Shown: piece after piece, positions 17,035-26,132 of the stretch | Numbering within the stretch: position 1 is the stretch's first letter | Layout of the letters: each line of letters opens with the position of its first letter | IMG/VR virus record: IMGVR_UViG_3300037471_000808 | Span: 5,563-69,562 of that record | DNA length: 64,000 nt | Strand: one strand, 5' to 3' | DNA from: a virus | Taxonomy: Duplodnaviria > Caudoviricetes | Translations under genes and position numbers: made by a program | The notes under the pieces: generated by a model | Databases searched by the model: none | Seen by the model: only the letters and a program-made list of their open reading frames with translations | What the model was told of the DNA's origin: nothing

Positions 17035-17508
17035 TTAGTTGTCTACCTGAACTTGCAGGGTGCCGGCCGGGAAGGTCGGTGCCGGGTCGCCGTTGTTGAT
17101 GTTCTTGGCGTTGGTCAGCGTCGTGTAGTACTGGCCGTTGCCGCCAGTGGCCGCGTCGTAGATTTCGTAGCCGGTCACCCGGCCCCAGTCGCCGGTCGGG
17201 GTCGGGAACGTCACCACGTTGTTGTTGCTGGTGGTGCCCGACGAGCCAGTCGAGGCGGTGGTGGTGCCGGCACCTTGCGTGCCGGCCCAGTTCGCCATTG
17301 ACGAGGTGATCTGGACGCGCGCGTAGCTGCCGCCCGTTACCTCGACCTTGGCCGACTGACCATCGTTATCGACGGTCGTCATCAGGGCCACCCACAACGC
17401 GGTCGGGCCGGAGCCCGCGCCAGCGCTCGCACCGTTGACGCCGAACGCTTGGCCGCGGAAATACCAGTCAATGTACTTGTTCTCGAGAAAGTCGGTCATT
17501 GCGGCCAT
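17035..17508 (-). CDS. minor virion / tail-fibre-associated protein (157 aa)
   Basis: MTDFLEN...LWVAL...EVTGGSYARVQI...VTFPTPTGDWG.VT...IYDAATGGN family pattern. Confidence 0.75.
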   Translation of the reverse strand: MAAMTDFLENKYIDWYFRGQAFGVNGASAGAGSGPTALWVALMTTVDNDGQSAKVEVTGGSYARVQITSSMANWAGTQGAGTTTASTGSSGTTSNNNVVTFPTPTGDWGRVTGYEIYDAATGGNGQYYTTLTNAKNINNGDPAPTFPAGTLQVQVDN

Positions 17509-17549
17509 GCTTGGCTCCAGTTGGAAGTTTTGTCAGGATGCAAGGATTC

Positions 17550-17565
17550 TGGCATGCTTCTTGCT
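17550..17565 (+). promoter_or_regulatory. sigma54 -24/-12 motif
   Basis: TGGCATGCTTCTTGCT, exact GG-N10-GC spacing. Confidence 0.6.
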
Positions 17566-17584
17566 GCAAGTAAAGCTTCCGGGC

Positions 17585-17600
17585 TGGCACAATCATTGCT
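17585..17600 (+). promoter_or_regulatory. sigma54 -24/-12 motif
   Basis: CTGGCACAATCATTGCT, near consensus. Confidence 0.65.
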
Positions 17601-17633
17601 TACCATAAAGGAGTTACAGCCTAGAAAATTTCT

Positions 17634-17662
17634 TTGACAGAACTGCAGAGTTTGCCTACCCT
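17634..17662 (+). promoter_or_regulatory. sigma70 promoter for the replication operon
   Basis: TTGACA-N17-TACCCT, 38 nt upstream of rdgC. Confidence 0.65.
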
Positions 17663-17700
17663 AGTAGTCCCATTCCTACACCACCCAAGAGACCATAATA

Positions 17701-18549
17701 ATGTTCAAAAATGCAACGGTGGTCGGCTTCAAGCCGTCCAAGAGTTTCCTGCCCATCATCCCCAACGAGCACAGGTTCACCCCGCCTTCCAGCGTCGAGC
17801 TGCTGCGCAGCGGCTGGTCGCCGGTGCGCGACGACGTCTATTGCTACGCCAACAACGGCCAGTTCCTGTTTAACTTCACGACCGAGAAGAAGATCCTGCC
17901 GGCCGCCGCGGTCAAGCTGGTGGCCGACGCCAAGGCGGCCGAGCTGGCCGAGCAGCAGGGCTTCCCGCTCGGCAAGGAGGCGATGAAGGCGCTCAAGGAG
18001 CAGGTGACCGACGAGCTGCTGCCGCGTGCGCTGACCACCCGCAGCACGACGCGGGTCTGGCTCGACCCGAAGGCCGGACGCATCGTGATCGACTCGGCCT
18101 CGAGCACGGTGGTCGACACGGTCCAGGTGGCACTGGTGCGCGCCTTCGGCGACCTCGGGCTGCAGGACGTGGCCTGGCCGCGCGCCAAGGTGGTCACCGA
18201 GTTCATGTTCACCGAGCCGGAAGGCTTCACGGTGGATGACCAGGTCGTGCTGCAGTACCCGGGCGAGCGCGGCAAGCTGGTCAAGTTCGACCGCGCCAAC
18301 CTGGGCGAGCAGGACGTGCTGCAGCACATCCAGAAGGGCGGTGCCCAGGTCTCCGCGCTGGCGATGACCTTCGACGCGAAGCTCTCGTTCGTCATGACCG
18401 ACAACGCCCAGCTGCGCCGCATCAGGGCGCTCGACGTGCTCAAGGAGACCGCTGACGCGGCCAAGGACGTCGACCGCTTCGACAGCGACTTCGTGCTGAT
18501 GACCGGCGAGCTGGGCCGGCTGTTCGATGCGCTGGCCGCCGAAGCATGA
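17701..18549 (+). CDS. rdgC: recombination-associated protein RdgC
   Basis: MFKNA...GWSPV...EKKILP...LKEQVTDELLPRA...DSDFVLMTGEL. Confidence 0.9.
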   Translation: MFKNATVVGFKPSKSFLPIIPNEHRFTPPSSVELLRSGWSPVRDDVYCYANNGQFLFNFTTEKKILPAAAVKLVADAKAAELAEQQGFPLGKEAMKALKEQVTDELLPRALTTRSTTRVWLDPKAGRIVIDSASSTVVDTVQVALVRAFGDLGLQDVAWPRAKVVTEFMFTEPEGFTVDDQVVLQYPGERGKLVKFDRANLGEQDVLQHIQKGGAQVSALAMTFDAKLSFVMTDNAQLRRIRALDVLKETADAAKDVDRFDSDFVLMTGELGRLFDALAAEA

Positions 18550-19592
18550 CCGCTTACTACAACGAATACGACAAACACGCCGCGGCCTGGCTGCGCGCGC
18601 TGATCGCCGAAGGCCTGATCGCGCCGGGCGTGGTCGATGAAAGGAGCATCGAGGATGTCACACCCGGAGACCTTGCCGGATTCGCCCAATGTCATTTCTT
18701 CGCCGGCATCGGCGGCTGGTCCCTCGCTCTCCGACTTGCAGGTGTGCCAGACAGCGCTCGAGTCTGGACTGGCAGCTGTCCTTGCCAGCCTTTCTCCGAG
18801 GCAGGCAAAGGAGCGGGGTTTGCTGACGAGCGGCACCTATGGCCCCATTTCCACCACCTCATCCGCATCAAGCGCCCTCCAAAAGTCTTTGGAGAGCAAT
18901 CTGCGAGCCGTAACACGGACCCTTGGATCGACCTTGTACACGCTGACCTGGAAGGGGTGGGTTACGCCTTCGGGTGTGTCGCGTTCCCGTCTGCGGGGAT
19001 CGGTGCGCCGCACCTGCGAGACCGCACTTACTGGGTGGCCGACTCCGACCTGCCCGGCACCGCACGATACGGACGCGACGGCGGGCCGGGCGCGGCCTCG
19101 GCCGGGCTACGGCGTGGATTTGCCGATCGCGGCATCCTTGACCGGATGGGCGACGCCGACCGCGCGGGACTATCGCTTCGCGAACGCGAAGCCCTGGTCG
19201 GAGCGGGGTGGCGGGAAGAAGGGCGAGCAGCTGAACAACCAGGTCGTGCATCTGGCGGGCTGGCCGACGCCGCGCTCGGCGGACGCGCAGAAGGGCGCGC
19301 ACCTGGAAGCGGACACCTCGCTCAAGGGTACGGACCTGCCGACGACCGCCAGCTGGACGGCGACGGACGGCCCGGCCCGGTTAACGGCTTCTGGGCAGAT
19401 GCTGACTGGCTGTTCTGCCGGGACGAGAAGTGGCGGGCAGTTGAGCCCGGCGCATCCCCGCTGGCTGATGGGGTTCCCGGCCGTGTGGGAGCGCTGCGCG
19501 GCTATGGCAACGCTGTCAATGTCTACGCCGCGAAAGCGTTCATCGAAGCCTTCTACCAAATCGAAAGGAGCCTGAATGGTGACCGATCCTGA
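18546..19592 (+). CDS. C5 cytosine DNA methyltransferase, alpha-type subunit (lacks motif IX)
   Basis: Motif [43 protein letters not shown]. Confidence 0.9.
   Translation: MTAYYNEYDKHAAAWLRALIAEGLIAPGVVDERSIEDVTPGDLAGFAQCHFFAGIGGWSLALRLAGVPDSARVWTGSCPCQPFSEAGKGAGFADERHLWPHFHHLIRIKRPPKVFGEQSASRNTDPWIDLVHADLEGVGYAFGCVAFPSAGIGAPHLRDRTYWVADSDLPGTARYGRDGGPGAASAGLRRGFADRGILDRMGDADRAGLSLREREALVGAGWREEGRAAEQPGRASGGLADAALGGRAEGRAPGSGHLAQGYGPADDRQLDGDGRPGPVNGFWADADWLFCRDEKWRAVEPGASPLADGVPGRVGALRGYGNAVNVYAAKAFIEAFYQIERSLNGDRS
18655..19575 (+). CDS. methyltransferase beta-type subunit in an overlapping frame (motif IX, WPTP repeats)
   Basis: SD AAGGAG-N8-ATG; three W(P/A)TP repeats; [14 protein letters not shown]; its stop abuts the next ATG. 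Confidence 0.75.
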   Translation: MSHPETLPDSPNVISSPASAAGPSLSDLQVCQTALESGLAAVLASLSPRQAKERGLLTSGTYGPISTTSSASSALQKSLESNLRAVTRTLGSTLYTLTWKGWVTPSGVSRSRLRGSVRRTCETALTGWPTPTCPAPHDTDATAGRARPRPGYGVDLPIAASLTGWATPTARDYRFANAKPWSERGGGKKGEQLNNQVVHLAGWPTPRSADAQKGAHLEADTSLKGTDLPTTASWTATDGPARLTASGQMLTGCSAGTRSGGQLSPAHPRWLMGFPAVWERCAAMATLSMSTPRKRSSKPSTKSKGA

Positions 19593-19986
19593 CCTGGCCA
19601 AGGTGCGCGCCATGTGCACCCGGCTTGGCCAGCTGTGGATGCCGGACCCGGCCAGCTGGGCTTGGCGCCGGCCGGACGGCATGGTGCAGGGGCTGGCGCA
19701 CATCTACGCCGACAACCCGGGCCTGGCCAACCTGCTGTGGCTGGCGCTGGACATGCCGGCACCGCCGCGCCAGTACAACGTGACCGACAACCTGCTGGCT
19801 GTTCTGGTGCTGGCCCAGGCCAGCCGTTCGAAGCTGAACGGCGTGCCGCTGCTGGACGTGGCTGCCCTGCGCACCCTGGCCGAGTTCAGCCGGCTGCTGC
19901 CGGAGGCACGCATCGCCGGTAACGAGCTGGAGGGTGCGTATCCGGTGCTGCGCCTGCTGGCGCTGCGGAGGCTGCGCGATGCGTGA
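19576..19986 (+). CDS. hypothetical protein
   Basis: SD AAGGAG; TGA-ATG coupling. Confidence 0.7.
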   Translation: MVTDPDLAKVRAMCTRLGQLWMPDPASWAWRRPDGMVQGLAHIYADNPGLANLLWLALDMPAPPRQYNVTDNLLAVLVLAQASRSKLNGVPLLDVAALRTLAEFSRLLPEARIAGNELEGAYPVLRLLALRRLRDA

Positions 19987-20233
19987 AATCACGATCCACA
20001 AGCCAGCGGCTATCGGAAAGTCGACCATGCAGCCTTTCACCGTGTCAGGCTCGTTGACGATGACGTTCGCGGACCCCAGGCTGTTTGAGCACTACGTAAG
20101 CGCTCGGCAGGCAGGCAAGCGTACTTTGCAGCGTGCCTGGTTGCAGTACCTGTCGACTGCACCGAAAGCCCTGCCCCGCCCGCCGCTGCTGACGCGTGCT
20201 GTCCGTTTCGCCCTGGAGCACTGGCATGCGTAG
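19979..20233 (+). CDS. hypothetical protein
   Basis: ATG 19979; overlaps both neighbours by 8 nt. Confidence 0.55.
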   Translation: MREITIHKPAAIGKSTMQPFTVSGSLTMTFADPRLFEHYVSARQAGKRTLQRAWLQYLSTAPKALPRPPLLTRAVRFALEHWHA

Positions 20234-21674
20234 CCTCGAGGAAGTGCTGGCCGCCCACCCGCTGCCGCACCCGCTGGGTGGCACGATGACGCCCAAGCCG
20301 ATGCAGGTCGAGGACATCCAGCGGGCGGTCGAGTGGCGCCGCGCGCTGCTCGACCTGCCGGTCGGCTACGGCAAGACGCTGATCCTGACCTGCATCTCGC
20401 TGATGCTCGAGCCGCAGCTGACGATCGTGCTGGTGCCGCCGATCCTGATCCCGCAATGGGTCAAGTGGTTGAACAGCATTCCCGGTGCCGGCCTGGCTGT
20501 CGCCTACGCTGGCGGTCCGGGCAAGCGCAAGCAGCTGCCGCTGGGCGAGGCCGACTGGCTGGTGATGTCGTACCAGGTGTTCAACAACGACATCGCATTC
20601 CTGCGTAAGCTGTGCGCGAAGGCCGAGGTGCTGCTGGCGGTCGACGAGGCGCAGAACCTGAAGGGCCGCGGCGTGCTGTTCAAGAACGTGCGCGACTTCG
20701 CGATGGGGCGCGACCTGATGCTGGCCACCGGCACCGCGGCGAGCAAGGTGGGCGACCATTACGCCTACGTCAAGCTGAACACGCCGGACGTGTACGGCAC
20801 CTACTACCAGTTCGAGAACATCCACGTCAAAGAGCGCCATCCCCTCTTCAAATCAAAAATCCTTGAGTGGCACAACCTCGACCTGCTGCAGCAGAACTTC
20901 AACCTGCGCCGGATCCACCGCACCAAGGAGGAGGTGCACGCCCACCTGCCGAAGGCGAACGTGATCCCGATCTACTACGACCTGGCACCCGAGCACATGG
21001 CGCTATACCGGCGCCTGATGGAGGAGCAGCTGCTGCTGCTGGACGACGGCGGCAAGATCGACGCCACCACCGCCACCCGGCTGTACCACGCCGCCCAGCA
21101 GATCGTGATCGACTACGGCTACTTCGCTGGCGATGTGAAGAAGCGGTCGACGGTGTTCGACCTGATCGACGACATCGCCGACGAGATCGGCCTGGGCGAG
21201 GACGTCGACGACGTGCTGGCGACGCCGCGCAGCAAGCTGATCCTGTGGACGACGCACCGCAGCGTGTCGCGCCTGGTGCACGCCCACATGGAGGCCCGAC
21301 TTGCCCGGACTGGCCGGCGCGCGGTGGCGGCGTTCTCCGAGGTCGACTCGAACAAGTCGATCAAGGCGTTCATGGAGGACCCGCTGACGGTCAACCTGAC
21401 CGCCCAGCCGGGCTCGGCCGGCGCCGGCCTGAACCCGCAGTACCTGTGCTGGGAGTGCGCCTACATCCAGCTGCCGACCACGACGATTCCGTTCGTGCAG
21501 TCGTCCGGCCGGATCGACCGCGAAGGGCAGCGCTTCAACCCCAACATCCGGCTGTTCATCGCGCGCGGCACGATCCAGGAGCAGCTGCTGCGCAATCTGA
21601 TCAGCAATGACGAGCTGGTCAGGCAGGCCTCCGGCTCCAAGCAAGGCATCAAAGATTTGATTTTCCCGCAGTAA
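20226..21674 (+). CDS. SF2/SNF2-like DNA helicase
   Basis: LPVGYGKT, VDEAQ, ATGT, GAGLNPQ, QSSGRIDREG; ATG 20226. Confidence 0.9.
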   Translation: MRSLEEVLAAHPLPHPLGGTMTPKPMQVEDIQRAVEWRRALLDLPVGYGKTLILTCISLMLEPQLTIVLVPPILIPQWVKWLNSIPGAGLAVAYAGGPGKRKQLPLGEADWLVMSYQVFNNDIAFLRKLCAKAEVLLAVDEAQNLKGRGVLFKNVRDFAMGRDLMLATGTAASKVGDHYAYVKLNTPDVYGTYYQFENIHVKERHPLFKSKILEWHNLDLLQQNFNLRRIHRTKEEVHAHLPKANVIPIYYDLAPEHMALYRRLMEEQLLLLDDGGKIDATTATRLYHAAQQIVIDYGYFAGDVKKRSTVFDLIDDIADEIGLGEDVDDVLATPRSKLILWTTHRSVSRLVHAHMEARLARTGRRAVAAFSEVDSNKSIKAFMEDPLTVNLTAQPGSAGAGLNPQYLCWECAYIQLPTTTIPFVQSSGRIDREGQRFNPNIRLFIARGTIQEQLLRNLISNDELVRQASGSKQGIKDLIFPQ

Positions 21675-21728
21675 CTCTCGGAGTAGAATCTTTCCTCCGA
21701 GCAGTATCCTTTCAGCGAGTAATAATAA

Positions 21729-22217
21729 ATGAACAATAACGCACCGCCCCCAAGCGACCGGCTCGCGCTCCAGCGCGGCTGGAACGACCAGAAGATGGCC
21801 AACTCCATCGACTGGGGTCTGAGCAAGTCCTCCCGCCTGCTGTTCGTCACCGAACACAGCACCCTAGTGCTGTGGACCTACACCGCCGCCGGCCCGCAGC
21901 TGGGCAAGGTGTTGCAGGTGACCGGCGTCGGCCTATCGTTCCGCCAGGGCGTCATGATCGAACTGACCGACAGCGACGGTGCCCACTACACCATCAACGC
22001 CGAGCCGCGCCAACACCTGCCCGGCGTGTTCCTGTGGACGCCCGCGTTCTCGGAAGTGCGTTTCGTGCCGCGCCAGTTCGAGACGCCCGACGGCCCCTGG
22101 CACCTGACCCTTGCCCTGTGCCTGAAAACGCGCTCACGCTCCGACCAGCCGGTGGAAGGGCACACTTACCTGTCGCCCATGAAGGAGTTCAACGACACCT
22201 GGCCTGGCATCTTCTGA
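21729..22217 (+). CDS. hypothetical protein
   Basis: Between helicase and primase; coding-type codon usage. Confidence 0.7.
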   Translation: MNNNAPPPSDRLALQRGWNDQKMANSIDWGLSKSSRLLFVTEHSTLVLWTYTAAGPQLGKVLQVTGVGLSFRQGVMIELTDSDGAHYTINAEPRQHLPGVFLWTPAFSEVRFVPRQFETPDGPWHLTLALCLKTRSRSDQPVEGHTYLSPMKEFNDTWPGIF

Positions 22218-22224
22218 GGACTGC

Positions 22225-25173
22225 ATGTACCACTACTACCAAATCGAAGGCGACGAAGAAAAGTGGGAAGCGGTGCCGGTGTCCCAGCTTGGGCGGATCC
22301 GCGAGCAGCGCCGACCGATGTTCGTCACCGCGCTGGCGGTGTCCAAGCTGGTGTCCGAGCTGGCCTACGAGGACAAGCTCAAGCTGGCCTACGAGGGGCC
22401 GTTCTACGCCGACTGGGACTCGCAGGACGAGGCGCTGGTGATCGAGAAGGTCAACGCCTTCCTCGACAAGCTGGAAGGCTATGGCGTCGACCTGGAGATG
22501 TGCCGCCTGTACGCGACCGGCCAGAAGGGCTACCACCTGGAGGTGCCGCAGGCCGTCTTCATGGAGAAGATCCCGAAGAACGGCTACATCGGCCTGCCAG
22601 TGGTGTACAAGGAGCTGGCCCTGAAGCTGATGGTCGACACCTTGGACCTGCGGGTGTACTCGACCGGGCGCGGGCGCATGTGGCGCGAGCCCAACGTCAA
22701 GCGTTCGAACGGCCGCTACAAGGTGCCGATCTCGGTGGCCGAGATGCGCGAGATGACGCCCGAAGTCAACCGCGTGCTGACTGCCGAACCGCGCCCGCTG
22801 ATCGAGCCGAAGCCGCCCGAGCTGTGCGTCAAGCTGTCGATCGAGTTCGCGCTGTGCGCGCAGAAAGTCGAGGAGCTGCTCAAGAAGCGCGCCAAGTTCA
22901 AGCCCGATCCGCTGCTGCGCGAGAAGGCCAGCGCGCCGTCGGTGCTGTGGATGATGGCCGGCCTGGGCATCAAGGAGGGCGTCGGCTTCCACGACCTGGC
23001 GATGCAGCTGTCGATCGCCGCGGTCACCGCTGGCTGGTCGGAGGAGCGGCTGGTGGTCGAGTGCGACGGGCTGATCAAGACGCACCAGAGCGACGGCAGC
23101 CGCTACAACACCGAGGCCAAGCGGCGCGAGGAGCTGGCGCGCATGTTCCGCTACGTGTCCGGCAACCCCTGCTATGAGTTTTCGGTCGGTGCCATCAAGA
23201 ACCTGCTGACCCACTCGGCGCTGGACCTGGACGGCATCGCCACCTCGAAGGAGGAGGTGCAGGCGGCGATCGCCGAGGCGGCCACCGAGCAGGCCGCGGT
23301 CGAGGAGGGCACCGAGGTCAAGCCGCCGGACGAGTATGCCGACGTCGCCAAGGGCATCGCCCTGCTCAAGCAGGGCATCTACATGGACACCGAGTTCGGC
23401 AAGAAGCGCATCTGCGCGCTGTCGTTCGCCAATCCGACGGTACTCAAGTCATGCGCGGAAAACCAGATCATCGGCTACGACAGCGATGTGCTGGTCAACG
23501 GCGCGAAGGTCAACACCCAGACGCTGGAGCTGGATGTGTTTTCCGGGCTGGTGCCGTTCAATCGTTTCGCCAGCAGATTCGGGCACGCGTTCCAGGGGAC
23601 CGATGCCCAGGTAAGGACAGTCATGATGCGTTTTGTGGAGCAGTCGAAGAAGAACGAGAAGGTCAGCTACGTGGTCAACCGCGAGGGCCTGGACATCGTG
23701 CACATCCCCGGCCACGACAAGGACCGGCTGCAAGCGCCGTTCATGGTCTGGGCCGACAGCCACAACGTGCTGGCCGAGCCGGAGGCCTTGGCCACCGGTG
23801 TCTCGCTCAAGTACGCTGGCTACCCGGACCCGCGCGGCGTGTTCCGCACCGACATCGCCAAGGCCCCGGCGCTGACCGCCTGGCTGAAGGAGCCGGGACA
23901 CCGCGAGCAGCTGCTCGAAACCCTGCGCAACCTGCTGGCCTGCCAGCGCCCCGAGGTGCTGGGCAAGCTGCTTGGCTGGTACACCGCCTGCTTCTGGAAG
24001 CAGCTGTTCCAGAAGGGCTACGGCAAGTTCCCGCTGCTGCACGTGAACGGCCCGGCCGGCCTTGGCAAGACCGAGCTGAACATCGCGATCAGCTCGCTGT
24101 TCTACTGGCAGAACGAGGCGCGCCCGCTGTCGCCAGGCTCGACCAACTTCGGCATCGTCCAGCACCTGACCGCGTCCAGCTCGATCCCGCTGATCCTCGA
24201 CGAGTACAAGCCGCACGAGATGCGCAAGGACCGCCACGACTCGCTGAAGGCGCTGTTCCGCGACGTCTACAACCAGCGCGACATGGTGCGCGGCGGCGGC
24301 ACCCGCGAGGCCGACGACTACCGTGTGCTGCAGTTCTCGCAGCTGGCCGCGCCGCTGTGCTTCATCGCCGAGGCGGCCGAGGAGGAGGCGGCGGTGATGG
24401 AGCGCGTGGTGCTGGTCACCCTGGCGCGCCCGCCGCAGTCGCAGAACGTGGCCAACTACGCGCGCTTCCAGGCATTCCAGCGCAACCACCAGCTGCTCGG
24501 CATCCTCGGCCAGTACCTGATCCTGCAGGTGCTCAACGACAGCACCGCCGACAGCTTCCGCGCCGAGTTCGACGCGATCTACAACGACGCCCGCAAGCGC
24601 TTCATGCTGTCCGAGGAACACTTGGCGGCCGGGCTGTCGGAGGACGAGCTGGTCGAGCGCCAGAACACCAAGGAGCGCCCGGTGTTCAACCACTCGGTGG
24701 CGATGTTCGGCCTGCGCCAGTTCCGCCGGCTGGTCAGCGCTGCGGTCGGGCCTGACCTGGACGAGCGCCTGCAAGAGCTGGAGGACGGCGTCTACGCCCG
24801 CCTGTCGGACTTGCACTCGGCCACCACGCCGGAATACGTCAAGGTGCTGCGCGAGATCGCGTCGATGAGCTACACGGTCGAGAAGGACCGGCCGGAGGCG
24901 GTGCGCAAGGGCTACGAATATGCGCTGGTGCAGGATGGCGGGCGCACCTGCCTGGAGGTCGCGATCCGGGTCGCCTACACCCGCTACCGCATCTACTGCC
25001 GCAGCGCCCAGACCAACCCGCTGTTCGGCGGTGCCGAGGCGTTCGCCCACGCGGTGCAGGACAGCAGCGCATTCATCAAGAAGGGCACCGGCCAAGTGCT
25101 CGAGATGCCGGGCGTGTTCACGTTCGACGTCGAGGAGCTGGCCCGCCTGGGTGTCGATCTTTTCAAAAATTAA
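22225..25173 (+). CDS. primase-helicase fusion (AEP-type N-terminus, P-loop C-terminus)
   Basis: YADWD, TGQKGYH, RMWR; GPAGLGKT, LILDEY. Confidence 0.85.
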   Translation: MYHYYQIEGDEEKWEAVPVSQLGRIREQRRPMFVTALAVSKLVSELAYEDKLKLAYEGPFYADWDSQDEALVIEKVNAFLDKLEGYGVDLEMCRLYATGQKGYHLEVPQAVFMEKIPKNGYIGLPVVYKELALKLMVDTLDLRVYSTGRGRMWREPNVKRSNGRYKVPISVAEMREMTPEVNRVLTAEPRPLIEPKPPELCVKLSIEFALCAQKVEELLKKRAKFKPDPLLREKASAPSVLWMMAGLGIKEGVGFHDLAMQLSIAAVTAGWSEERLVVECDGLIKTHQSDGSRYNTEAKRREELARMFRYVSGNPCYEFSVGAIKNLLTHSALDLDGIATSKEEVQAAIAEAATEQAAVEEGTEVKPPDEYADVAKGIALLKQGIYMDTEFGKKRICALSFANPTVLKSCAENQIIGYDSDVLVNGAKVNTQTLELDVFSGLVPFNRFASRFGHAFQGTDAQVRTVMMRFVEQSKKNEKVSYVVNREGLDIVHIPGHDKDRLQAPFMVWADSHNVLAEPEALATGVSLKYAGYPDPRGVFRTDIAKAPALTAWLKEPGHREQLLETLRNLLACQRPEVLGKLLGWYTACFWKQLFQKGYGKFPLLHVNGPAGLGKTELNIAISSLFYWQNEARPLSPGSTNFGIVQHLTASSSIPLILDEYKPHEMRKDRHDSLKALFRDVYNQRDMVRGGGTREADDYRVLQFSQLAAPLCFIAEAAEEEAAVMERVVLVTLARPPQSQNVANYARFQAFQRNHQLLGILGQYLILQVLNDSTADSFRAEFDAIYNDARKRFMLSEEHLAAGLSEDELVERQNTKERPVFNHSVAMFGLRQFRRLVSAAVGPDLDERLQELEDGVYARLSDLHSATTPEYVKVLREIASMSYTVEKDRPEAVRKGYEYALVQDGGRTCLEVAIRVAYTRYRIYCRSAQTNPLFGGAEAFAHAVQDSSAFIKKGTGQVLEMPGVFTFDVEELARLGVDLFKN

Positions 25174-25183
25174 ATGGAGGCAA

Positions 25184-25212
25184 TTGACACTGATCAATAA
25201 GTTTGACATACT
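25184..25212 (+). promoter_or_regulatory. sigma70 promoter
   Basis: TTGACA-N17-CATACT in an AT-rich gap. Confidence 0.65.
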
Positions 25213-25267
25213 GACTTCTCCCTAAGCCGGGCAGGGCAAGCCCGGCACAACGATGACTTTAACTTCA

Positions 25268-26071
25268 AAGGAAATGAAAATGGCACTGAACAAAACCACC
25301 GCCCCCGCCTTCGAAAACCCGGACGACGACGTTGCCACCCTGGAAGACCAGGCGGCCGCGCAGCGCGCCGCGGCCCAGGAACGCCTGCAGGCCGCTGCCA
25401 ACAAGCATGCGGCAGCCAAGCCGGCCGAAACGGCGCAGAACACCGGCACCGCGCTGACCAAGCCGACCAGCGGCCAAGTGGCCAAGGCCAAGCCGATGCT
25501 CAACCCGCTCGAGCCGCTGAAGGACGCCTATCCGGTCGAGTACGACACGCTGCGCAACCTGCAGATCAACCAGGGCAACGTGATCGACCGCGAAACCGGC
25601 AAGGTGCTGGGCGACACGATCGGCCTGGAGCTGCTGTCGTTCCAGGACCAGTGGGTCATCGGGCCGGGCGGCGACGACAAGTCGGAAGCCTCCAAGGAGC
25701 TGGTGCGTTACTCCAACGACGGCATCACCACCACCAAGGGTGAGGACTGCAAGGAGTACCTGCAGTTGCTGAAGGACACCGGCCACAAGGAAGCCAAGAT
25801 GACCGAGCGTATGGTGATCTGCGGTTCGGTGTTCGACATCGGCGTCAAGGGCAAGAAGGACCTGCCCGATCTGCAGGATTCGCTGGTGCAGATCAACCTG
25901 CCGCCGACCTCGAAGGCCGCCTTCAAGCGTTACCAGATGGACCAAGCCTTCAAGATCGCCAAGAACCTGATCGAGGCAGAAGGTGCACAGCGCGTGAAGA
26001 TCGAATGCAACCTGCAGTCCAAGGGCGACAACAAGTGGACGGTGGCGAGCTTCAGCCGCTACGACGCGTAA
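25268..26071 (+). CDS. replication protein, possible ssDNA-binding protein
   Basis: Strong codon bias, own promoter and terminator, SD AAGGA; the function is a positional guess. Confidence 0.75.
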   Translation, partial: KEMKMALNKTTAPAFENPDDDVATLEDQAAAQRAAAQERLQAAANKHAAAKPAETAQNTGTALTKPTSGQVAKAKPMLNPLEPLKDAYPVEYDTLRNLQINQGNVIDRETGKVLGDTIGLELLSFQDQWVIGPGGDDKSEASKELVRYSNDGITTTKGEDCKEYLQLLKDTGHKEAKMTERMVICGSVFDIGVKGKKDLPDLQDSLVQINLPPTSKAAFKRYQMDQAFKIAKNLIEAEGAQRVKIECNLQSKGDNKWTVASFSRYDA

Positions 26072-26092
26072 CCCTCCCTCCCACCGCAACAC

Positions 26093-26117
26093 AGAGCGAC
26101 CTTCGGGTCGCTCTTTT
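26093..26117 (+). terminator. Rho-independent terminator
   Basis: AGAGCGACC-TTCG-GGTCGCTCT followed by TTT. Confidence 0.85.
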
Positions 26118-26132
26118 CATGGACCCTACCAC

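Noticed and set aside
17607-17613. Strong SD AAAGGAG after the second sigma54 motif
   Set aside because: No start codon at usable spacing.
21678-21710. CTCGGAG/CTCCGAG inverted repeat after the helicase gene
   Set aside because: Short stem, large loop and no clear U-tract; function unsupported.
25192-25204. IHF-like site GATCAATAAGTTT
   Set aside because: Two mismatches to WATCAANNNNTTR.
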